From NCBI GenBank assembly GCA_023412745.1, contig JAEZBZ010000276.1:1-63817 (forward strand): 63,817 nucleotides of DNA, read 5' to 3'. The stretch is from Pseudomonadota bacterium (GTDB lineage: Bacteria > Pseudomonadota > Alphaproteobacteria > Rhizobiales > Hyphomicrobiaceae). The notes under the pieces are model-generated. The model did no database searches and was not told where the DNA came from. It saw nothing but the letters and a program-made list of their open reading frames with translations. Position numbers and translations under genes: made by a program. Below are positions 19,484-29,657 of the stretch, piece after piece. How positions within the stretch are numbered: the first letter of the stretch is position 1; the number at the start of each line of letters is the position of its first letter.

Positions 19484-20824
19484 ATGGGCACGGCCGCAAC
19501 GGGGCTCGGCATGACCCGACGCGGCTTGCTTCTGGGGGCCAGTGCCGGTGCCCTCGCGCTTGGTGCGACCCGCGCCCAAGCCCAGGCTGCCGAAGCGAAG
19601 TGGTGGGAAAACATATTTGACCCGTTGGCCAACAACAGGGTGCGGACGCCGGCGCCGCTGCCACCCGACGTGGTCAATGATTTGCGGCCGGATGCCGTGC
19701 CGATGCGCAGCGATACGATGCTGCAGCAGATGGACGTAGCTGTCGATCGCTACCAGAAGATCGTCTCGCAAGGCGGTTGGACGCCAATTCCACCCGGCCG
19801 GATTCTCCGCCCCGGTGACGATGACGAGCGCATTCCCTATGTTCGCCGCAGGCTGGTGATCTCCGGAGATCATCCGTCCCACGGCAATGGCTTCGATATG
19901 AGCTTCCGATTCGACGGGCGGCTCGAAGAGGCGATTAAGCGTTTCCAGGAAAGCTTCGGTCTGCGCACGTCCGGTCGCGTCGATGCGCCGACCTTGGCGC
20001 AGCTCAACGTTTCGGCACATGCGCGTCTGGAACAGCTCAGGCTCAACCAGCGGCGGATACGCGAATTGATGCAGGGCCGCGTCGAAGATCGCTATGTCCT
20101 GGTCAATGTTCCCGCCTTCCAGCTCGAAGCGGTCGAGGGCTACGAGGTTCGCCTGCGCCATCGGGTGATCGTGGGCAAACCCGATCGCCAGACGCCGAGC
20201 ATCAAAGCTACTATTAGGGCTTTGAATTTCTTCCCCTATTGGCGTGTACCCGACAGCGTGGCTTCGCTGGATCTGATTCCGCGCCTGGTGAAAGAACCCG
20301 AATATCTCCAGAAGGAGCAGATCCGCGCGTTCAATGGGTTTGGTGGTCCCGAGATCGACACGACGCATATCGATTGGCGTACAGCCGATGCGAACAAAAT
20401 CAAATTCCGGCAAGACCCCGGTCCGCAGAACGCGCTGGGTCTCGTCCGCATCGACATGCCCAACTCGGACATCGTCTACATGCACGACACGCCGATGAAG
20501 CAGCTGTTCAACCAGCGCGCGCGGGCTTTCAGCGCAGGCTGCGTGCGCGTGCAGGATGTCTTCCAGCTTGTCGAGTGGATTGCGCGTTACGAGCAGGGCT
20601 GGGAAGGCGCCGGCCGGGCGCAGGACGTCATCAACGCCGGTCAGGCGCACGATGTAACGCTGACGCGGCAGGTGCCCGTCTACTTCACATACATCACGGC
20701 ATGGGCGGAAGCCGACGGGCGCGTTGAATTCCGTCCCGACATCTACGGTCGCGACGGTCACCGGGAACTGGTGGGCGAGCGCGATCCCGAGGCACCACCG
20801 GCGCCCATTTCGCTCGCGCCTTAA
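19484..20824 (+). CDS. Murein L,D-transpeptidase (YcbB/LdtD-like) with peptidoglycan-binding domain
   Basis: Tat-like TRRGLL, AIKRFQ..GL..G PG-binding motif, YMHDTP..FSAGCVRV catalytic motif; start uncertain. Confidence 0.9.
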   Translation: MGTAATGLGMTRRGLLLGASAGALALGATRAQAQAAEAKWWENIFDPLANNRVRTPAPLPPDVVNDLRPDAVPMRSDTMLQQMDVAVDRYQKIVSQGGWTPIPPGRILRPGDDDERIPYVRRRLVISGDHPSHGNGFDMSFRFDGRLEEAIKRFQESFGLRTSGRVDAPTLAQLNVSAHARLEQLRLNQRRIRELMQGRVEDRYVLVNVPAFQLEAVEGYEVRLRHRVIVGKPDRQTPSIKATIRALNFFPYWRVPDSVASLDLIPRLVKEPEYLQKEQIRAFNGFGGPEIDTTHIDWRTADANKIKFRQDPGPQNALGLVRIDMPNSDIVYMHDTPMKQLFNQRARAFSAGCVRVQDVFQLVEWIARYEQGWEGAGRAQDVINAGQAHDVTLTRQVPVYFTYITAWAEADGRVEFRPDIYGRDGHRELVGERDPEAPPAPISLAP

Positions 20825-20926
20825 GCACCAGGAAAGCGGCGTCGGTGCTTGACCCGATGCCGCTTTCGAGAAACCTTACTTGCGCAGCACTCGTCTTGGA
20901 CGGGTGCAATGGGTGAGGGGGTCTCG

Positions 20927-23179
20927 ATGTTGCCGATCGCAGCATATGCCGACCGGCTTTCTGTCCGGCCAGGCGAAACGATCGCGTTCAAGGTTTCAAA
21001 TGCCACCGGCACGCCTGTCGAGACACGCCTCGTCCGCGTGATATGCGCCGATCCCAATCCCGCCGGCCCGGGACTCCGTGAGGAGGCCGTCAGTGCGCGG
21101 GTCAAGACCGTCGCGCATCCCGCGCGTCATGGTGTCCAGCGCGGCTCCTATGCACGCATCGACGCCAGCGCGGCGCTGACCGGCCTTTCCAGTTTCACGC
21201 TGGTCGTCACCGTTCAACCGACGAAGCTGGCCAATCGGGACTGCGCGATTTTCTCGCTGCTCGATTCGCAAGGGCATCGCGGTATCGTGCTCGGCATGAA
21301 CGCGCAGGGCCGCTTCGTGGCCACGTTCGCGCAGGAGGACGGCCAACTGGTGCGGCTGGAATTGCCGGCGCCGGTTGATGATCAGACCTGGTATCGCCTC
21401 TGGCTGACCTATGACCCCATGGCGGGGCGGGCGACCTTGAACCGCCAGGCTTTGAAGGCCGGCAAGCGGGAAGGGGCTGTTCGATCGGCCGCGCTGGGTC
21501 TGACCCTGCGTAGCCCGATTGTCGAAGGCCATGTCTTCATCAGCGGCGTGACCGACGAGTTCGTCAGTTTGTCCTTCAACGGCCGCATCGAGCGGCCGAT
21601 GATTTTTTCGCGCGCCCTGACGCCGGCTGAGGTTGCGGTGACGGGTGATGGCGATCCGTTGGCTGGCCTGATCGCGGGATGGGATTTTTCGCGCGATATC
21701 GCCACCAATCGCATCTTCGATTTCGGACCGCACGGTTTGCATGGCACGCTGGTCAACCAGCCCACGCGCGCGGTTACCGGCGCGAACTGGACCGGCCGCG
21801 AGATGTGCTGGCGGCACGCGCCGAATGAATACGCCGCGATCCACTTCCACGAGGACGATCTGGACGATTGCCGCTGGCCGACCGCATATACGCTGACCGT
21901 ACCGTCGAATTTCCGATCAGGCGCCTACGCATTGCGCATCAAGGCGGGCGAGCATGAGGACAACGTCCCGTTCTTCGTGGTTCCGCCGAAAGGCAAGACG
22001 ACTGCTGATATCTGCGTCCTGATCTCGACCTTCACCTACGTCGTCTATCACAACCACGATCGTCCCGAATGGGGCAATCCGGATTGGCGCAAAGCGTGGG
22101 AGAAGCAGGCGGCCGACTGGGGCGCATATCCGCACCATCCCGGCGCACACCCCGAGTACGGTCTGTCGACCTACAACTATCATACCGACGGCAGCGGCAT
22201 CTGCTTCGCGTCCTGGCATCGGCCGATGCTGAACGTCCGCATCGGCTTCATCACCTATCCCTATCCCGATATCCGCGCCTCGGGACTGCGCCATTTCCCC
22301 GCCGACACGCACCTGCTCGCCTGGCTCGAAGCCAAGGGCTACAGCTACGACCTGGTGACGGATTGGGAGCTGCATCACGAAGGCTACGACGTTCTGAAGA
22401 ATTACCGCACGGTCATGACCGCGTCGCATCCCGAGTATCACACGCGGGAGATGCTGGATGCGCTGGAGACCTATCGCGATAACGGCGGCCGCTTCTGCTA
22501 TCTTGGCGGTAACGGCTTCTACTGGAAAATCGCGCTGTCGCAGGAGAAGCCGGGGCTGATCGAGATTCGCCGCGCGGAAGGCGGCATTCGCGCCTGGGCT
22601 GCGGATGCCGGCGAGTATTACAACCAGCTCGACGGCGAATATGGCGGCATGTGGCGCAGGAATGGTCGCCCGCCGCAGGAGTTGACGGGGGTCGGGTTCA
22701 CCGCGCAGGGCAACTTCGTCGGGTCTTATTATCGCGTGCGTCCGGAAGCTTCCGATCCGCGCGTGTCATGGATTTTGGAAGGCATCAAGGACGAGAAGAT
22801 CGGCGATTTCGGTCTGTCGGGCCATGGCGCGGCGGGGTTTGAGCTCGACCGGACCGACAAACGGCTCGGCACGCCGGCGCATGCCCTGGTGATTGCGGCG
22901 TCCGAGAACCATCCGCCCGAGGCGCCTTGGATCCTGGTGCCCGAGGAGCAGCTCACGCATATCACGACAGTCGCGGGCAAACCCGCGCAGGAGCTGATCC
23001 GCGCCGACATGACCTTCTTCGAAACGCCGAATAATGGCGCGGTTTTCTCGACCGGCTCGATCACATTCTGCGGCAGCCTTCCGATCAACAATTTCGAGAA
23101 CAACGTTTCGCGGCTGCTGCAGAACGTCGTCAATCGCTTCCATCACCCGTCGTCGGTGTTCCGGATTCCAGGCGGGTAA
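20927..23179 (+). CDS. N,N-dimethylformamidase large-subunit family protein
   Basis: YADRLSVRPGE, ConA/LamG-like insert, AIHFHEDDLDD, TFTYVVY, LSTYNYH, HPEY, GGNGFYW. Confidence 0.85.
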   Translation: MLPIAAYADRLSVRPGETIAFKVSNATGTPVETRLVRVICADPNPAGPGLREEAVSARVKTVAHPARHGVQRGSYARIDASAALTGLSSFTLVVTVQPTKLANRDCAIFSLLDSQGHRGIVLGMNAQGRFVATFAQEDGQLVRLELPAPVDDQTWYRLWLTYDPMAGRATLNRQALKAGKREGAVRSAALGLTLRSPIVEGHVFISGVTDEFVSLSFNGRIERPMIFSRALTPAEVAVTGDGDPLAGLIAGWDFSRDIATNRIFDFGPHGLHGTLVNQPTRAVTGANWTGREMCWRHAPNEYAAIHFHEDDLDDCRWPTAYTLTVPSNFRSGAYALRIKAGEHEDNVPFFVVPPKGKTTADICVLISTFTYVVYHNHDRPEWGNPDWRKAWEKQAADWGAYPHHPGAHPEYGLSTYNYHTDGSGICFASWHRPMLNVRIGFITYPYPDIRASGLRHFPADTHLLAWLEAKGYSYDLVTDWELHHEGYDVLKNYRTVMTASHPEYHTREMLDALETYRDNGGRFCYLGGNGFYWKIALSQEKPGLIEIRRAEGGIRAWAADAGEYYNQLDGEYGGMWRRNGRPPQELTGVGFTAQGNFVGSYYRVRPEASDPRVSWILEGIKDEKIGDFGLSGHGAAGFELDRTDKRLGTPAHALVIAASENHPPEAPWILVPEEQLTHITTVAGKPAQELIRADMTFFETPNNGAVFSTGSITFCGSLPINNFENNVSRLLQNVVNRFHHPSSVFRIPGG

Positions 23180-23265
23180 GTGAGCGATCGTCAGATCGAT
23201 GAAAAAATCATGCGTCGGCAGTCACCGGCGCGCGGGCTGGTTCGTTATCTCGGGATCGGAACGGT

Positions 23266-23628
23266 ATGACCTTCATGCTGGCCTGCAAGCGAATCTACGA
23301 ACCGCCTACCGCGACGGACGGCCATCGCGTGCTTGTCGATCGCCTTTGGCCGCGTGGGCTGACCCGCGAGAAGGCGGCGATCGATGAATGGCTGAAGGAA
23401 ATCGCGCCGAGTAACGATCTGCGGCGCTGGTTTGCCAGTCATCCGGCGCAGTGGGAGGAGTTCGAGCGCCGCTATCGCGATGAACTTGCGACGCCGGATC
23501 TGCAGGCTGATCTGGCGCGGCTGCGCAAGCTGGCCAGCAAGGAAAAGCTGACCTTGCTGTTCGCCAAGCGCGATGAGCGGCGCAACAACGCCACGGTGCT
23601 GATGGAAGTGCTCAAAGGGCGCAGATAG
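23266..23628 (+). CDS. DUF488 / YeaO family protein
   Basis: KRIYE..DG.RVLVDRLWPRG..W.KEIAPS..LRRWF..NNA. Confidence 0.9.
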   Translation: MTFMLACKRIYEPPTATDGHRVLVDRLWPRGLTREKAAIDEWLKEIAPSNDLRRWFASHPAQWEEFERRYRDELATPDLQADLARLRKLASKEKLTLLFAKRDERRNNATVLMEVLKGRR

Positions 23629-23712
23629 GCAGCCCACACGCGCGTGTGGATGCGCGGGATTGGCGCGCAACAAATCATCGTCGCCACCATGCGTTGCCGA
23701 TAGTCAGGCTGC

Positions 23713-24306
23713 ATGAGACTGCGCGCTGCCAAGCGGCGGCTGCCAAACACCATGAGGATCGTCAAGCGCGCGCGCTTCAACGCACGTGCGCGCATGGAAA
23801 AAAGAACCAGTTCAGCCTGTTCGCGCTCGCCATCTTCGCTTTGTACGGCGTTGCGATCTCGCTGTATCCGAGTCTGTTCGAGAACGCCTTTCAGGGTGCA
23901 AACGGGAAGATGCTGGTCTTCGTTGGCGTGCTGTCCTCGATCTTCATCATCATCGTGACGTTTGTCGAGGCGATCAACGCCTGCCGCGTCAAGTCGCTGG
24001 CCCTACCGAAATGCGCTATGCAGATCGCGCGCTTGCTCGATCAGCTCGAGGTCACCGACATCACCACCTCGGTGCAGCTCAATTGATTCCGACCAGTACA
24101 ATTCCGCGATCGACCGATGCCCGTTCAATCACGGTGATGTCGACTAGCGACTGGCAGCCGCATCGGATCGGCCGAGCAAGCAGCCTACACCGATCGTGGC
24201 GTGGTATGCAATGGGCTGGGCCCATTGCAGGTATCAGTTGAACCTCTACGGGCTCTATATGGCTCGGTTTCTGGCACCTATTGGACTGCTCTGGCTGCTT
24301 CCGTAG
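23713..24306 (+). pseudogene. Degraded SLATT (family 5-like) 2TM effector
   Basis: ARFNARARM then frameshift in the A6 run at 23798-23803, two TMs, CAMQI, second frameshift near 24085, YNSAIDRCPFNHGDVD followed by in-frame TAG at 24145. Confidence 0.65.
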
Positions 24307-24329
24307 ATCCGAGCCATCGCCGCGTCCGC

Positions 24330-25721
24330 CTAATGCACGACCTCGGCCGGTACGTGCTTCTGGTAGGCCTTGCCGACCGCCAGCATCCGCGCTTCGTCAA
24401 AAGGGCGACCGACGAGCTGGAAGCCGTTCGGCAGATAACCCTCGCGCGGATAGGGCAGGGTCAACGCAGGCAGGCCCAGGTAGTTGACCGGGCGGCAGTA
24501 AAGTACCACCCGCGCCATGGCCGCCATCAGCTTCGGCCCGCCGCCAACGTCGAGTTCGGCGATGGTCGGAAGCGGATCGGCGAAGGTCGGCAGCATGGTC
24601 ATGTCACACGACGCGTAGGTCTCGGCCAATGTCTTGGCGAGCAACGTCCCGCGGGCGCGCATGGCCGTCTGGTGGTCGTGGCCCGAGATGAAATGGCCGA
24701 ATTCCGTCCGGGCGCGCACCTGCGGACCGTAGTCCTCGCCGCGCTGGCGCAGATAGGGACCGTGTGCCGATGCGACCTCGGGCAACTGCACGAGCTGGGT
24801 GAGATGGTCGAGCGTCTTCCAGTCGGGGAAGCGAACTGAAACCCGCTTGGCACCCGATTTCTCAAGCAGCTTGAGTGCGGTCTCGAAGCGGGCCTGGACT
24901 TCTGGATGAGCCTCGGCGACCAGCCGCTCATCGACACCGATGCGCAGGCCGTCGACCGGCTGGTCGAGGGTTGCGAGATAGTCGGGAACCGGGCGGCGCG
25001 AACTGGAGCCGTCCCGGGCGTCATGGCCCGCGATGATCCGCAGCAGCAGCGCCAGATCGCGGACATCGCGCGCGATCGGCCCGACGCAGTCGAGCGAGAA
25101 CGACAGCGGCATGGCGCCCGCGCGCGAAACGCGCGACCAGGTCGGCTTGATCGACGCGACGTTGCAGGCTGCGGCAGGCAGGCGCAGCGATCCGGCAGTG
25201 TCGGAGCCGAGTGCGGCCGGAAGGACGCCAGTTGCCACCGAGATGGCCGATCCACTCGACGAGCCGCCGGTGATGCGGGTCGTGTCCCACGGATTTTTGG
25301 CATGGCCGAGCACGTAGTTGTGGCCGGTTGGACCGAACGCGAACTCGGTCAGGTGCAGTGCGGCGATCTCTATGCTGCCGGCATCCTTGAGCCGGGCCAG
25401 CAATGTGTTGTGCTCGGTGCATGGCTTGTCGCGGCGGATGCGTGCACCCCAGCTCGGGATCTTGCCGACGCGGTCGAACATGTCCTTGTGGGCCAGCGGA
25501 ACGCCATGCAGCGGGCCGCTCGCAGTCCCTTTCGAGACGGCGTCGTCAGCGGTTTCGGCGGCGGCGAGTGCTTCGTCGGTATCGAACGAAATCGCGGCGT
25601 TGGTGGTCTCGTGCACGGCCTTGAGCCGGTCGAGAGCCGAGCGCGTCGCCTCGACGCTCGAAACCTTCTTGTTGCGAATGGCGTCGGCGAGATCGATGGC
25701 CGAGAGTGACTTGAGATTCAT
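24330..25721 (-). CDS. Amidase signature family enzyme
   Basis: HGVPLAHKD, GGSSSGSA, GSDTAGSLRLPA (Lys-cisSer-Ser triad). Confidence 0.93.
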   Translation of the reverse strand: MNLKSLSAIDLADAIRNKKVSSVEATRSALDRLKAVHETTNAAISFDTDEALAAAETADDAVSKGTASGPLHGVPLAHKDMFDRVGKIPSWGARIRRDKPCTEHNTLLARLKDAGSIEIAALHLTEFAFGPTGHNYVLGHAKNPWDTTRITGGSSSGSAISVATGVLPAALGSDTAGSLRLPAAACNVASIKPTWSRVSRAGAMPLSFSLDCVGPIARDVRDLALLLRIIAGHDARDGSSSRRPVPDYLATLDQPVDGLRIGVDERLVAEAHPEVQARFETALKLLEKSGAKRVSVRFPDWKTLDHLTQLVQLPEVASAHGPYLRQRGEDYGPQVRARTEFGHFISGHDHQTAMRARGTLLAKTLAETYASCDMTMLPTFADPLPTIAELDVGGGPKLMAAMARVVLYCRPVNYLGLPALTLPYPREGYLPNGFQLVGRPFDEARMLAVGKAYQKHVPAEVVH

Positions 25722-25725
25722 GGCG

Positions 25726-25920
25726 TCACTTCCCTTCGGTTTCGAGCACGCGGACGAAATCGGCGGCATCGGCGCCAAGCGGGAGCGTATCGCCCACCTT
25801 GAGAGCGGTCTCCGACAGCGCGGCGATGATGGGCGCAATGAGCTCCATACGCTCCTTCGGGATGGTGTGCCCCTGCAGGCTTTTGGGCTGGGCGGGCAAC
25901 GTCGTGCCGTCATCGCTCAT
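25726..25920 (-). CDS. Small (64 aa) protein upstream of the amidase; GatC/AtzG-like partner candidate
   Basis: GGAGGAG RBS, 4-bp gap to the amidase, helical amphipathic sequence. Confidence 0.6.
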   Translation of the reverse strand: MSDDGTTLPAQPKSLQGHTIPKERMELIAPIIAALSETALKVGDTLPLGADAADFVRVLETEGK

Positions 25921-26071
25921 GGCGTACTCCTCCGTCGGCTGCATTGCCGTGATGATCCGATTTAGCCCAACATGCCGGGATAGCGCGCGCGACGCAACCG
26001 GCAGCGTCCTTGCCGCGGCGAGGCGCGATATGATTTGCTGTCCGGTACATAAATGACGGGAGGATTTTGGC

Positions 26072-26854
26072 ATGACCGGAAGCGAGCCTTGCAGGGTCGC
26101 GCGTGACGGCGCGATTTTGACAATCACGATCGACCGGCCGGAGGTATTGAACGCGCTCAATCCGCGGGCGCATGCGGCGCTGGCCGCGGCGTTCGATACC
26201 TACGCGGCCAACGACGATCTGCGCGTCGCCATCCTGACCGCGTCGGGCGAGCGGGCGTTCTGCGTCGGCAGCGATCTGAAGGCGCGCGCGCAAAGCAACG
26301 CCGACAATCATCCCGCGACTGGCTTCGGCGGTCTGACGCGGCGCTTCGATCTGTTCAAGCCGGTGATCTGCGCGGTGAACGGTCTGGCCATCGGCGGCGG
26401 CGTCGAGCTGATGATCGCCTGCGACCTTGTCATCGCGGCCGAGCATGCGCAGTTTTCGCTGCCGGAACCGCGGGTCGGACTGGCGGCGCTCGGCGGCGGC
26501 GGATTGCAGCGACTGGCGCGGCAATTGCCGTTGAAGCAGGCGATGGGGCTTGTGCTGACCGGCCGCCGCATTGCCGCCGAAGAGGCGCTACGCATGGGCC
26601 TGATCAACGAGGTCGTGCCGGGTGCGGCATTGATGAGCCGGGCGCGTGCGCTGGCCGAGGAACTGCAGGAGATGGCGCCTCTGGCATTGCAGGCCTCCAA
26701 GCAGGTGATGTTGCAGAGCCTTGCCTATCCGGATCTGCAGGCGGCCATGGCGGCGACGTATCCGGCGGCGGAGCGCATGCTGACGAGCGAGGACGCCGTC
26801 GAGGGCCAGCGCGCGTTCGTGGAGAAGCGCAAGCCGGTCTGGAGGGCGCGTTAG
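26072..26854 (+). CDS. Enoyl-CoA hydratase/carnitine racemase family
   Basis: RPEVLNAL, FCVGSDL, AIGGGVEL, LPEPRVG. Confidence 0.92.
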   Translation: MTGSEPCRVARDGAILTITIDRPEVLNALNPRAHAALAAAFDTYAANDDLRVAILTASGERAFCVGSDLKARAQSNADNHPATGFGGLTRRFDLFKPVICAVNGLAIGGGVELMIACDLVIAAEHAQFSLPEPRVGLAALGGGGLQRLARQLPLKQAMGLVLTGRRIAAEEALRMGLINEVVPGAALMSRARALAEELQEMAPLALQASKQVMLQSLAYPDLQAAMAATYPAAERMLTSEDAVEGQRAFVEKRKPVWRAR

Positions 26855-26871
26855 ACTGGTAGGAGTGGCGT

Positions 26872-27293
26872 TTATCGCTGTGCCGACACGATCAGGAACG
26901 TTGGCCGATCGAGTTCACCAGCCCAATCCGGGTGCGCCGCGATCTGCTCTTTTCTGCTGCCGTCATGCTCGACCCATGCCGGCTTGGTGCGTGCCATGAA
27001 AACCGGATGTTCGATACTGAAGACAAAATGCGATCCCGGTGTCAGCGCGCGGTGGAGAGCTATAGGCGAAGTCGAACGCGGCAGTTGGCAATTCCAGTCG
27101 GTCGAGATCCGCGACGGCGTACTGAGAACCAGCCGAAGCCGCATCCGGGATCGATAATGCGGCGCCCTTACATCTCGGGCAGAAGGGCACGGATGGATGT
27201 CCATTCCGGCGCGCCGTCCAGGCCATGTATCGAACGAGGCAACTGGCTGTAGCCAGCAAAGAAGTCTGGAGTGTCGTAGATATTCTGCACCAT
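26872..27293 (-). pseudogene. Class I SAM-dependent methyltransferase remnant
   Basis: MVQNIYDTPDFFAGYSQLPRS..GAPEW then stop, IDPGCGFGW, internal deletions, FVFSIEHP and ELDRPTFL C-terminus in another frame. Confidence 0.8.
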
Positions 27294-27307
27294 ATCGCTC
27301 TTGGCCG

Positions 27308-27955
27308 CTAACCGGGACGGCGCAAAGCAGCCGCTTCCCGTGCCAGCGTTTCGATCGTGGTCCAATCGCCTGCGGCAATCGCCTTTGCTGGCGCGACCCA
27401 GGAGCCGCCGACCGTGACGACATTGGGCAGGGCGAGGTAGTTCGGCGCCTTGGCCAGATCGATGCCGCCGGTCGGGCAGAAGAGGATGCCGGGCAGCGGC
27501 GCACCGAGCGCCTTCAATGCCGCGACGCCGCCCGCCGGTTCGGCCGGGAAGAACTTCATCACCTTGTAGCCGAGATCGGCCAGCGCCATACCTTCCGAGG
27601 CCGTGGCAACACCCGGCAGGAAGGGGACGTTCCAGCCCTGTGCCGCTTCCAGCAGGCGCGGCGTCATGCCGGGGGAAACCAGGAACCGCGCGCCGGCCGC
27701 GATCGCCTGCTGGCCATGCTCCGGCGTCAGCACGGTGCCGGCGCCGACCAGGGCTCCCGGCACATCCTTGGCAATTGTCCGCAAGGCTTCCAGAGCGGCC
27801 GGGGTACGCAGCGTGATTTCCAGGATGTTGAGCCCGCCGGCGACTAGCGCTCTGGCCAGTGGCAGTGCCGTCTCGGGCTTGTCGATGGTCAGCACCGGCA
27901 CGACGGCCACGCGCCGCAATTCCTCAGCGAGCCGCGGATTGAGCTGTTGCTGCAT
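27308..27955 (-). CDS. eda: KDPG/KHG aldolase
   Basis: EITLRT, VGAGTV, VSPG, KFFPA, FCPTGGI. Confidence 0.94.
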   Translation of the reverse strand: MQQQLNPRLAEELRRVAVVPVLTIDKPETALPLARALVAGGLNILEITLRTPAALEALRTIAKDVPGALVGAGTVLTPEHGQQAIAAGARFLVSPGMTPRLLEAAQGWNVPFLPGVATASEGMALADLGYKVMKFFPAEPAGGVAALKALGAPLPGILFCPTGGIDLAKAPNYLALPNVVTVGGSWVAPAKAIAAGDWTTIETLAREAAALRRPG

Positions 27956-27998
27956 GACGCTCTCCTAAATCTCAAATCCGGCTTTCGGTGATCCCGGG

Positions 27999-28334
27999 CT
28001 ACCCTTTAGCGTCGGTCTGCTCCGCAATCCAGCCCAGGAAGTCCTGCGATCCGGATACGACAGGCAGCACGAGGAAGGCCGGATTGTCATACGGATGCTG
28101 CCGCCGGGCCTCGGCGATCGCCGCATCGGCCAGCGTTTCGCGGGTTTTGATAACCATGACCGCTTCGCTGTCGCGATGCCGCTGGCCTTGCCAGATATAG
28201 ATGGAGGTCATGCCCGGCCAGATGTTGACGCACGCCGCCAGCTTCCGGTCGACCAGCATGCCGCCGATGGTCTCCGCGACCTCCGCCGTCGGAAACGTCG
28301 CATAGATAAGAACGGCCTTGTCGTTTTGCTGCAC
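27999..28334 (-). CDS. cutA: Divalent-cation tolerance protein CutA
   Basis: LAACVN, SIYIWQG, HPYDNP; GTG start inferred. Confidence 0.9.
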   Translation of the reverse strand: MQQNDKAVLIYATFPTAEVAETIGGMLVDRKLAACVNIWPGMTSIYIWQGQRHRDSEAVMVIKTRETLADAAIAEARRQHPYDNPAFLVLPVVSGSQDFLGWIAEQTDAKG

Positions 28335-28393
28335 TTGAGCGAGCCTTTCGCGCGCCGGATGGACCGGCTCAGGACGAGAATTGAATTCACAAC

Positions 28394-29176
28394 ATGCCAA
28401 AGCCGAAGCGGAAGTTCGAGAAGATCGCGTTCGTCGCGAGTGACAATACCGAAGCCCGCGAGGCGATGGCACGGTTGATCAGCCAGTATGGCAACGCGCC
28501 AGTGCAGGACGCGGATGCAATCGTTGCGCTGGGCGGCGACGGCCTGATGCTGCAGACGCTGCGCACATATCTCTCCGATCAGATCCCGATTTACGGCATG
28601 AACCGCGGTTCGGTCGGCTTCCTGATGAACGAATACCGGGAAGATGACCTACTGGCCCGGCTCGCCGGCGCCGAGATTAGCCGCATCCATCCGCTGGCTA
28701 TGACGGCGCGCGACGCGCACGGCAACACCTATCACGAACTGGCGATCAACGAGGTGTCGCTGTTCCGCCAGACTCACCAGGCGGCCAAGCTGCAGATCGC
28801 CATCGACGGCAAGATGCGGCTGGAGGAGCTGATCTGCGATGGCGTGCTGGTGTCAACGCCCGCCGGCTCGACCGCCTACAACCTGTCGGCCTACGGCCCG
28901 ATCCTGCCGATCAACGCCTCGCTGCTGGCGCTGACGCCGATCAGCCCGTTCCGTCCACGCCGCTGGCGTGGCGCGCTGTTGCCGAACGAGGCGCATATCC
29001 GCATAACGGTGCTGGAGCACGAAAAGCGCCCGGTGAGCGCCGTCGCCGATCACGCCGAAACCCGGCATGTGATCAGCGTCGACGTGGAAGAGGCGCGCAA
29101 GCACGAGCTGTTCATGATGTTCGATCCAGGCCACAGCCTCGACGAGCGTATTCTGTCGGAACAGTTCCGCTACTGA
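28394..29176 (+). CDS. nadK: NAD kinase
   Basis: [28 protein letters not shown]. Confidence 0.94.
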   Translation: MPKPKRKFEKIAFVASDNTEAREAMARLISQYGNAPVQDADAIVALGGDGLMLQTLRTYLSDQIPIYGMNRGSVGFLMNEYREDDLLARLAGAEISRIHPLAMTARDAHGNTYHELAINEVSLFRQTHQAAKLQIAIDGKMRLEELICDGVLVSTPAGSTAYNLSAYGPILPINASLLALTPISPFRPRRWRGALLPNEAHIRITVLEHEKRPVSAVADHAETRHVISVDVEEARKHELFMMFDPGHSLDERILSEQFRY

Positions 29177-29195
29177 AACGCGGAGGACATTTACC

Positions 29196-29654
29196 GTGGC
29201 TGGATTGTATTTCGAGGAGTTCGAGGTCGGTCACATCTTCGAGCACGCCATCGGGCGGACCGTGACCGAGATGGACAACACGCTGTTCTCCTGCCTGACG
29301 CTCAACCCGCAGCCGCTACATATCGATCATCAATTTGCCGCCGGCACGGAGTGGGGCAGGCCGCTGGTCAACAGCCTGTTCACGCTCGGCCTTATGATCG
29401 GCATTTCGGTGAACGACACTACGATCGGCACCACCATCGCCAATCTCGGCATGAGCGAGGTGAAGTTCGGCAAACCGGTCTTTCATGGCGATACCATTCG
29501 GGTGAAAACCGAGGTGGCCTCAAAGCGGGAGAGCAAATCGCGGCCTGACGCCGGCCTCGTCGAGTTTCACCATCGCGCCTACAATCAGCATGGCGATCTG
29601 GTTGCCGAATGCCGGCGGCAGGCGTTCATGCGCAAGAAGCCGAAGGATGCCTGA
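29196..29654 (+). CDS. MaoC-family acyl-CoA (de)hydratase
   Basis: GLYFEEF, GRTVTE.DN, NPQPLH, PVFHGDT. Confidence 0.9.
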   Translation: MAGLYFEEFEVGHIFEHAIGRTVTEMDNTLFSCLTLNPQPLHIDHQFAAGTEWGRPLVNSLFTLGLMIGISVNDTTIGTTIANLGMSEVKFGKPVFHGDTIRVKTEVASKRESKSRPDAGLVEFHHRAYNQHGDLVAECRRQAFMRKKPKDA

Positions 29655-29657
29655 GAT

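Noticed and set aside
23794..23810. AAAAAAG as a programmed -1 frameshift in the SLATT gene
   Set aside because: The heptamer is out of phase with the upstream frame, and further lesions (second frameshift, TAG) indicate decay.
24330..25920. gatCA of the tRNA amidotransferase
   Set aside because: No gatB, and the sequence looks like a catabolic amidase.
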